A DNA stretch of 64,000 nt from a virus (Duplodnaviria > Caudoviricetes): positions 96,001 through 160,000 of the IMG/VR virus record IMGVR_UViG_3300020048_000007, one strand, 5' to 3'. The translations under genes and the position numbers were made by a program. The notes under the pieces were generated by a model. It had not been told where the DNA came from and did no database searches. It was given only the letters and a program-made list of their open reading frames with translations. Position 1 is the first letter of the stretch. Every line of letters begins with the position of its first letter. Shown here piece after piece: positions 7,477-15,192 of this stretch.

Positions 7477-10400
7477 TTTTTGCCACCTTTTCTTGCGAAT
7501 GGTGGGTTTGATCCTTTGCCATCATCGGTTTTAAGATCAGGACCCATGCCCTCTAGCTTGTTACCGTTACCTTTTTTGCCGATGGCGTGTTTTGGGACTT
7601 CACGGCGATCAGCGTTTGCGACTTTATTGTAGCCGCCTTCTGATGGAGCTGTGATGTCCATATCTTCGGCCAGACCTTCTTCATCGTCGTTATCAGACTC
7701 GTCGTCTTCGTCCGACTCTTCGTCTTCGTCTTCTTCGTCGTCAGACTCATCGTCTTTATCGAAATCAGGCATTTCGTCGCCATCGAGGTCTTTCTTGACT
7801 TCGATCGTGTCGTCAACCGGCTCGATCTCGACTGCGTCTACTGGCTTCATTTCGTCCATGTCTTCGTCATCAATATCTTCGTCATCGACGTCGATATCTC
7901 CAGACAATTCCACCTTCATTGAACCATTCTTGCCAGTAGTGATAACTGCCATAGCTTCGTTGAGAGCCTGATCTTCTTCAGAGCTCGCACCACGGAGCTG
8001 TTCGACCGATTCGGTTAACCATCTCGTGAAGGCAGAAGAGTCACCTTTAGCCAGACCAGCTGAAGCCAGAGCACCCTTGACGAGTTTGGCAGGAATCGGG
8101 ATTTCAGCACTGATACCATCTTCGCTCAGGATTACAGGTTGAATCGAGCTAGCTGAACCACCGTGATCAAGGATGAAGTTAACACCGTTGATCATGCCCA
8201 TGGCGGCATCTTCTTGCCGCTCAAGCCAGGTGATCTTGCCTTCTGAGGCGACACCCCTCTTGGACTTGCTAGCTGTCATGCCAGCTCTGCCGTAACCAGC
8301 CTTCTTCATACGGGCTGATTTGTACTGGTCTTCTGCGAAGCCATCATCTTCGTCACCTGGATGCACCGGAGGAGGCGTTCCATCTGCGCGACGGGCGAAC
8401 AAGTCTACCAAGTTACCAGTTTCCATGGCGTTATAAATGTCACGGGCAAGAACAATGTATCCACCCTTGACAATTTCATCCCAATCATAGCCATATTTTT
8501 GGGCTAACTGTCTGCCTGTCTTAGTACCGACTTTGACGTATTCCTTGTCGTACGAGTCTCTTTCGAAGACGTCATATTCTTCCATGTCATTTGAAAGCTG
8601 ATCGTCGCTTTCTTTAACCGTAGCGAAAGGATTGCCATCAGATTCTTCAGTTTCTTCGTCCGAATCTTCGTCGTCCTTGTGCTTCTTGGCGAACGGCTTG
8701 GCAGCACCTGGGAACGGAGCCTTGGCTTCTGAAATGAAAGTCTGGACAGCTTGCTCGATAGCAGCTTCCATTCTAGCTTCTGGAACTCTCAGGCCAACAG
8801 CTTCGATACTGGCTTCGGCCATGTCATCAAGATTTTCAGCAAGATCTCTGCCGGTAAGGTTGTGCTCAACAGCCAGACGTCGCATCAAGCCAACAACACG
8901 GTCGAGGTCAGCTTCATCTTTAATGACTGGCGAACCGTATTCCATCAGATAAGAAGACTTGCCCTTGCCTGAGAAGGCATATGGGTCATTCGACTCTTCG
9001 ATTTCGTGGTCTACTTCTTCTGTATCATCTGAAAGATCATCGTTTTCATCGTTCATCTCATAATGAAGCGGGCGCGATTCATTAAGTGAGCTGAAACGAT
9101 TTCGTGATTCGAATCGAGGTGGTGCTGGGGCTGCTGGAGCTGCTGGAGCGCCTGCTGCACCCGGGCCGGCTGGAGCTGGGGCCGGAGCCGGAGCTGGAGC
9201 TGGAGCTGGTGCGAATTCTTCTTCGCCGCCGAGCATAGAGTCGAGCTCATCGTCTTCTGACGGTGGCATTTCTGGATCGAGCTCTTCTTCCTCAGCACTA
9301 CCGCTTGATCCACCGATTTGGATCAGAGGGCTGTTGATATTAATGATTGGTTGGCCTTTTCCGCCACCATTCGAAATAGCATCAACTGGTGCGTTCATTC
9401 CACCACCTGCGCCGCCTATGTCGCCAGGCATTGAATCAAAGTCTTTGAGTGATTCTGATGCTGACAATTCTTCTTGAATTGTGGCGATCAGGTCTTCTGC
9501 TTCGTAGATCGCTGAATCATCAAAGTCTGATCTCTTCAAGCGTGAGATGAGGCTCATCAGCTTGCTTGAAAGGTCATGTGATTCTTTGATTTTTGGCGTT
9601 TTGTCGCGGAGGACTTGGAGCGTCGTGGCGAGTGATTCAGCAGCGACTTGGCGGTTGCTGATTGCTTCGAACACGAGATGGAGGAATTTATTGTATGAAG
9701 CTTCGAAGTTTTTTGATTCTGATAGAATCTGAACGTTTTCTGCGAGCACTGGGTGTTCGGCGTTTCTCGCGATTGCTTTCCACTCTTTTACAATCTTGTT
9801 CTTACTGACTTTTAAGTTAGTCTTGAAGAAGAGTGTTGATGTGTCGTCACAGAGTTGTTGGTTGAATACTCCTTGTGTTGCAAGAGTGTTCTCGATCAGT
9901 GTCGAGACTTGTTTCCTGTTTAACAGTGTGAATTCTTCCATTTCCATCAGGAATGGTGCGAGTGTCTTGATTGCGTTCTCAATTTTGTTTTCAGCAATCA
10001 TGTTGGACACTGCGAGGATTCTTTCTTGGAATCCTTGGCTTTGGTAGGCGGTGTTTGCTACGTCTCGCATCTTGCGAGCTACCAGTTTGCGGGTTGCCCA
10101 TTTGGTGACTGGAAGTCTAAAGCGTTGACCGTCGTTGAAGTATCCGGCAGTTACCTGACCGTTTTCGACGATAACTTTATCTTGCAGACTTTCTACGATA
10201 GTAGAAACGAGCTTGTCTTTAACTGATTCGTTAAATCCGTCTTGGCTTACACTGATATTACGGATAATACCGTCTCTTGTGCGGACCACACCCGAAGCTG
10301 GGACTGTTCGTCCGCTAAATCTTTGGGCTTTCATTCTGCCGAAGGCAGACGACATTTTGCTCTGATCGTTTTCTTCGATTGCATTGACTAAACGCAAGCA

Positions 10401-10712
10401 GGAGTCTTCGAATAATCCGGCTTTTTCACCTTCAACGACCTCAATAGAACGAATATTGCTGATAGCAATACGGCCTTGATCTTTTGTATGCGATGCTACA
10501 AAAAATTGATTGTCATTGACGTCTTCAATGAATAAATCTTTAGAGCGAAGAGCGGCTAATCGCCACTGTTTGCCCGCCAATTTACCCATCTCTTCGACCT
10601 TTTCGGAGAAGAATGAAACTCTTGCTTGAGCGCTATCGTTCAACGCACTCAGAAACTTTCGGCTATCCATTTTGATACTTGAACTAGCCATAGTATTCTG
10701 ATTTTGTGCCAT
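7473..10712 (-). CDS. Very large acidic prohead core-like protein (~1080 aa) at the T4 gp67/gp68 position
   Basis: Between portal and protease; helical N-terminal half, PA-rich linker, D/E-rich C-terminus, many LxES/LxEA/LAED motifs; ATG at 10712 with AAGGGG RBS. Confidence 0.7.
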   Translation of the reverse strand: MAQNQNTMASSSIKMDSRKFLSALNDSAQARVSFFSEKVEEMGKLAGKQWRLAALRSKDLFIEDVNDNQFFVASHTKDQGRIAISNIRSIEVVEGEKAGLFEDSCLRLVNAIEENDQSKMSSAFGRMKAQRFSGRTVPASGVVRTRDGIIRNISVSQDGFNESVKDKLVSTIVESLQDKVIVENGQVTAGYFNDGQRFRLPVTKWATRKLVARKMRDVANTAYQSQGFQERILAVSNMIAENKIENAIKTLAPFLMEMEEFTLLNRKQVSTLIENTLATQGVFNQQLCDDTSTLFFKTNLKVSKNKIVKEWKAIARNAEHPVLAENVQILSESKNFEASYNKFLHLVFEAISNRQVAAESLATTLQVLRDKTPKIKESHDLSSKLMSLISRLKRSDFDDSAIYEAEDLIATIQEELSASESLKDFDSMPGDIGGAGGGMNAPVDAISNGGGKGQPIININSPLIQIGGSSGSAEEEELDPEMPPSEDDELDSMLGGEEEFAPAPAPAPAPAPAPAGPGAAGAPAAPAAPAPPRFESRNRFSSLNESRPLHYEMNDENDDLSDDTEEVDHEIEESNDPYAFSGKGKSSYLMEYGSPVIKDEADLDRVVGLMRRLAVEHNLTGRDLAENLDDMAEASIEAVGLRVPEARMEAAIEQAVQTFISEAKAPFPGAAKPFAKKHKDDEDSDEETEESDGNPFATVKESDDQLSNDMEEYDVFERDSYDKEYVKVGTKTGRQLAQKYGYDWDEIVKGGYIVLARDIYNAMETGNLVDLFARRADGTPPPVHPGDEDDGFAEDQYKSARMKKAGYGRAGMTASKSKRGVASEGKITWLERQEDAAMGMINGVNFILDHGGSASSIQPVILSEDGISAEIPIPAKLVKGALASAGLAKGDSSAFTRWLTESVEQLRGASSEEDQALNEAMAVITTGKNGSMKVELSGDIDVDDEDIDDEDMDEMKPVDAVEIEPVDDTIEVKKDLDGDEMPDFDKDDESDDEEDEDEESDEDDESDNDDEEGLAEDMDITAPSEGGYNKVANADRREVPKHAIGKKGNGNKLEGMGPDLKTDDGKGSNPPFARKGGKK

Positions 10713-10752
10713 GTTATGACCCCTTATGCTTGCATGCATATTAAACTACTCA

Positions 10753-10760
10753 TAAATTTG
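10753..10760 (-). promoter_or_regulatory. Putative late promoter variant CAAATTTA
   Basis: 41-48 nt upstream of the core protein start; preceded by TCGG like the 2442 site. Confidence 0.4.
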
Positions 10761-10798
10761 CCGAGAAACCAACCATATGTCTCTCCGGCCAGACCCGT

Positions 10799-12781
10799 TT
10801 ACCCAACTATCGCAGGTAGATCATCATCAGTAATATCGCCCTCTTCTACCTCAGGCTTAGCGACATTCTCCATTAAAACATCATAATTCTCCCTGATAGC
10901 GTCATTTCTCTCACCCTCATCAACAGACCAACGGACCAAACAACTCTCAGAACGACTAGGATCATAAATATCCAAACCATCATTCAGATACCTCTCCCTA
11001 GTCAAACCATCAAATTCCTTAGTATTCAGCATAAACTCATATGCATTATTAAAGGACTGCTCTTCATCCTTATAAACCTCTTTATTCTGACGCTTAGTCC
11101 AAGACTCCATGATTTTACGTCGCCTGTTACGATCCCTGGTCTTAGCCATCTCATTAATAAGACGACGATTAGCAGACTGATCAAGCCCATACAAGCCTTC
11201 AGGCAACCCACCCTCAGGAGGAGCACCACCTTCAGGAGCACCTGCCGCACCAGCCTCAGGAGGAGCACCACCAGCCTCACCACCCTCAGGAGGAGCACCC
11301 TCAGGACCACCCTCAATGCCACCCAAATCATCACCGCCCCCAAGATCAGCCATTCCGCCGCCCATCCCACCACCGCCGCCAAAGCCGCCACCACCACCGG
11401 CAGCCTCATCAGCCTCAACATCCTTAAGCTCTTCAATCTCATCTGGAGACAAATCAGTAAAATGAGTAACAATCCACTCCTTAGGAAACCAGCCTAAATC
11501 CTTTAAATCATTCATAACAGAAGCGCGAGTCTGCCAAGTCTCAATCCTATAAAGCTCTTCCAGAGCAGAGCCAGCAGAAAACATCAGCTCAAAGCCCTTC
11601 ATATCATCCACAGAATAACCGCGCAACGCAAGGTGAACAATAGCAACCTTGGTTAAACCATTAACACCCTCACGTTGCACCCATTGAACAGCCTTAGCAA
11701 ACTCAGAGCTGGACTGCGATAACGACTTATCGTTAGCCTCACCAGCACCATCGCCAATCCCGACTCTCGCAAACGGGATCTTCATGGGAGCAATCATCTT
11801 CTTCTTGAAATACTCGATATCCTTAATCTGATCAAGATTCTCAGCACCAGGCATCACCTCAATATCAGGGCCAGAGCCATCAGGACGACGTGGCAAAAAG
11901 AAATCATCCTCTTGGATCAACGGAGAATATCGTTCATCAAAAGCACCGGTGGTGGGATTATAGAACCGCTGCCTCTTAAACGTCCTAGCAACCATCTGCA
12001 TGTATTCAGGGACTTCCTTAGGAGGGATGTTACCGACAGGAATCACGAACTTCCTTTTCTCAGGAGCTCTAGTGATTCTATAAATCAAAGCAGCATCTTC
12101 CATTAACCTCAACTGCTTAAAAGCCTTTCTACCGCCATCAAGAAGGCTTCTGCCATAAGGGTGATAGATGTTTTCGAAGCTCGTAAGACGCAAATGCATA
12201 ACCTGCCAAGGATGCAGAAACTGTGGTTTTGGAAAGAGAGCATCCATAAAGAAGAAGCCGATTAGGTCGCCATACCTAGTCTCAATTCTTGTAAAATTGT
12301 AGACATTCATGAACCGCAGCGAGCTAACGCCACCACGGTTTTGGTCTAATACTATTTCAAACGGGGCGTCGCCATATTTGCATAGGTACCTCATAGTGGG
12401 ACGACAAAAATTATCCCATCTTAGTATGTTATAAAATAAGTCTTCTAATTCTTTTTTAAGCCTTTTATTTTTAGCTTTAATGACTAGCGTGTGCTTCCGT
12501 TCGCTATCGACTAGGGAAGCCTCATCGGCGTATAAGTCCAGGGCAAGACTCACTTCGCCGGTTTGATCCATCTGCTCGTAGTCTTTGTATCGTTCAAGCC
12601 TATTTATCTGGAGATTTGTCTGATCAAGGATAGCAGCTTGGGAACTGAAATCCAAGAACTCTCCGCCAGTAGTAAGCTTGTCTAAACTAGACTGATCCTG
12701 GAATATTTTATCTGCTCTGAAAACGTTCGCAGATTTGGTCAGCGCGCGTATTCTGTCAAAGACAAGCCAATTACTAGGCAT
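10799..12781 (-). CDS. gp20: Portal protein, T4 gp20-like, with Gly/Pro/Glu-rich C-terminal extension
   Basis: YGRSLLDGGRKAFKQLRLMEDAALIYRITRAPEKRKFVIPVGNIPP, EDDFFLPRR, DIEYFKKKM motifs. Confidence 0.96.
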   Translation of the reverse strand: MPSNWLVFDRIRALTKSANVFRADKIFQDQSSLDKLTTGGEFLDFSSQAAILDQTNLQINRLERYKDYEQMDQTGEVSLALDLYADEASLVDSERKHTLVIKAKNKRLKKELEDLFYNILRWDNFCRPTMRYLCKYGDAPFEIVLDQNRGGVSSLRFMNVYNFTRIETRYGDLIGFFFMDALFPKPQFLHPWQVMHLRLTSFENIYHPYGRSLLDGGRKAFKQLRLMEDAALIYRITRAPEKRKFVIPVGNIPPKEVPEYMQMVARTFKRQRFYNPTTGAFDERYSPLIQEDDFFLPRRPDGSGPDIEVMPGAENLDQIKDIEYFKKKMIAPMKIPFARVGIGDGAGEANDKSLSQSSSEFAKAVQWVQREGVNGLTKVAIVHLALRGYSVDDMKGFELMFSAGSALEELYRIETWQTRASVMNDLKDLGWFPKEWIVTHFTDLSPDEIEELKDVEADEAAGGGGGFGGGGGMGGGMADLGGGDDLGGIEGGPEGAPPEGGEAGGAPPEAGAAGAPEGGAPPEGGLPEGLYGLDQSANRRLINEMAKTRDRNRRRKIMESWTKRQNKEVYKDEEQSFNNAYEFMLNTKEFDGLTRERYLNDGLDIYDPSRSESCLVRWSVDEGERNDAIRENYDVLMENVAKPEVEEGDITDDDLPAIVG

Positions 12782-12809
12782 CGAAAAATCCCCGTATGTA
12801 TTGTTAATA

Positions 12810-12817
12810 TATATTTA
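12810..12817 (-). promoter_or_regulatory. Putative late promoter motif TAAATATA
   Basis: 29-36 nt upstream of the portal start, in a 52-bp divergent gap. Confidence 0.5.
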
Positions 12818-12833
12818 CAAGGAGTCGCTGAAT

Positions 12834-14195
12834 ATGATCAATTGGAACAAGACCCATCATAAATTTGGATACAGGTCCCTAATAGACCTAAAAGGAATCA
12901 AGCGACCATTAGTAGTATGTGAATGCGTACGGTGCAAAAAAGAAAAAGATATCCAGCTACGATCAAAACAAGGCTTTGTATGGACCTGCCCAGCCTGCAT
13001 ATCACTATCCAGAAGCGACAAAATATCAGAACAATTAAAATCCAATTGGCAAGACAAAACATATCGAGCGAACCAGCTAACACAAAAGAATCAAGAAGAC
13101 TATAGAAAGAACCAGTCTGACCTGTCGAAGGAACGCTGGAAAACCGAAGAATACGCATCCAAGCTTAGGACTGGAATCGATCAGGAAAGACTAAAAGAAG
13201 ATAGATTTAAAATCTTAGAGTCCACCAATTGGCAACAGCAAATAACAGTGAGATGCCTTACCTGTGGCTTTGTAAATTCTTTAACGCCACAAAGGCACTT
13301 CGATAATCAATACTGTCCAAAATGCCATATAAGCAAGGGACAAAGAGAAATATCAGAATGGCTGACTTCTTTAGAAATACCACATACCATAAACGACTGG
13401 AATATATTAAAACACAAAGAACTAGATATATTCTTACCAAATCACAATATAGCAATAGAGTATCACGGATTATACTGGCATTCCGAAAGTATAAATGGCT
13501 CTAAAAACATTAAAGAGAGCCACCAGTCAAAAGCAATCGCCTGCAGGGATAAAAACATCAGATTATATCAAATATTCGAACATGAATGGTCAAAACAAAA
13601 AGATCTAGTAAAATCGATGATATTGTTAAACATTTTATCACCACAAAAGATAGATGCACGTAAAACCACATTCAAAAAATTACAGAATAACGAAGCAAAA
13701 CGATTCTTCGAAGCCAATCATTTGCAGGGTCACAGAAACGCTAAACATATATATGGGTTGATTTACGATAAAGAATTAGTGATTGCTATATCATTTAACG
13801 AAATCAAGAGAGCTGAATATGAAATCATACGCCTAGCCAGCAAGCAAGGCCATATGATCAGAGGTGGTGCTAGTAAACTTATCGCTAATTTCGATAAGCT
13901 TTTTAACAGTCCGATAATCCATACATTTGCTGATTTAAGGCACTCGCAAGGCACAGTGTATAAGACTCTGGGATTTTTGGAATTATCTGTAACGCCGCCT
14001 GGGTATTTCTATTATCATCCGAACGGTAACGTAATCTTATCACGCCAACAATGTCAGAAGCATAAACTTCATAAATTATTAAAGAATTTTAATAACGCTG
14101 CTTCTGAAACTCAGAATATGTTCAACAACGGGTTCAGACGAGTTTGGACAGCGGGAAATATTAAATTCATTAGACCTAAACTCATCTCATCCTAA
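12834..14195 (+). mobile_element. Free-standing Hef-like endonuclease (Zn fingers + Vsr-like nuclease + Mom-like GNAT)
   Basis: ELDIFLP..IAIEYHGLYWHSE..IRLYQIFEHEW; FFEANHLQG, YEIIRLAS, TFADLRHSQGTVYKTLGF; ATG at 12834 with AAGGAG RBS; opposite strand to neighbours. Confidence 0.78.
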
Positions 14196-14556
14196 CCCAG
14201 ACGTTTTTATCAGTCGCCTTATTCTTCCTGTAGAGGACATTTTCGATCGCGTTGTAATAGTAGTCGCTTCTGTGGGTTTCTGGGTCTGGTTCGAATGCTG
14301 TGGGCTGAACTACGTGTGCGCCATGCTTTTCTAGAAACCATACACAGTCTCCTCGACTATAGTTCAATCTGCGGCGCCCTAGTAGATCTGTCAGGAAGTC
14401 ACTTTGTGTGATTATCTGAACTTCTGAGTCATCAGCAAAAGCACCCACGCCGAATGACTCACCAAACATACTACCTGTCAGGAAGTCATTTTGTACTACT
14501 ATCGGTACTTCTGCACCATCAGCAACAGAACCGACTCCAAGTGGTTCAGCGAACAT
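14182..14556 (-). CDS. Hypothetical virion-associated protein with an internal ~29-aa duplication
   Basis: GGAG RBS; GVGSVADGAEVPIVVQNDFLT / GVGAFADDSEVQIITQSDFLT repeat. Confidence 0.65.
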   Translation of the reverse strand: MFAEPLGVGSVADGAEVPIVVQNDFLTGSMFGESFGVGAFADDSEVQIITQSDFLTDLLGRRRLNYSRGDCVWFLEKHGAHVVQPTAFEPDPETHRSDYYYNAIENVLYRKNKATDKNVWVRMR

Positions 14557-14631
14557 GTTGTGTCTCCATTACTCATAAGAATTATCGACCTTTCGCATGA
14601 CACACATCGTCTGCCTAGATCGTTAGCAAAA

Positions 14632-15159
14632 TCACCAAAGAGGCATAAGACTCATGAACCATTCATCCGCTGTGGGGGCATGGATCGTTCCGGACTGAAC
14701 ACCAGTGACCAGATCATTAAATGCTTGCCAGATCTGATCGCGGTAAGCAATTGCCTGCTCCGCTTCACCCTTGTATATCTCGATATTGGATAGGTTCCAG
14801 CTAGCCGCTGATATGATGGAATCATATTGCTTGACTGCTACTTGGCTGTCCAAATATGATTGAATCCTCTGGCCTATTTCAGTAAGACGAGCTACGACTT
14901 GTGCCTGCTGTTCTTCTGGTGACAGATTTATTATCGTCCAACTTTGGATTACGGATGTGCCTGTAAGTTGCAATTGCTGCTCTACACGCTGGGTCAATTC
15001 ATCATATATTGGTTGAGCTGATGGTATGAATGGGTAAAACCCATAAGATGGAAAAATCTCACCATCGAGCGCATCGAAGTTTGACACATTCTCAAATGTG
15101 CTTGGCAATGCCCTTGGTGATTCTATCTGACCGTTTTGTGAGACTCGACAGTATTGCAT
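14632..15159 (-). CDS. Tail fibre assembly/chaperone-like protein (DUF4376-like C-terminus)
   Basis: Downstream of tail adhesin genes; YDSIISAASW..EAEQAIAYRDQIW..LMPLW pattern. Confidence 0.55.
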   Translation of the reverse strand: MQYCRVSQNGQIESPRALPSTFENVSNFDALDGEIFPSYGFYPFIPSAQPIYDELTQRVEQQLQLTGTSVIQSWTIINLSPEEQQAQVVARLTEIGQRIQSYLDSQVAVKQYDSIISAASWNLSNIEIYKGEAEQAIAYRDQIWQAFNDLVTGVQSGTIHAPTADEWFMSLMPLW

Positions 15160-15192
15160 TAAAGTGTTTCCTCATGGTAACAGTAGTTCATA

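Noticed and set aside
7553-9313. Numerous antisense and alternative-frame ORFs (e.g. 7651-7971, 8632-8952, 26193-26580, 37161-40031)
   Set aside because: Shadows of low-complexity or biased coding sequence on the opposite strand; poly-Ser or nonsense composition, no RBS
12782-12833. RBS-sequestering hairpin for the second endonuclease
   Set aside because: Only a 4-bp TTGT/ACAA pairing that does not cover GGAG
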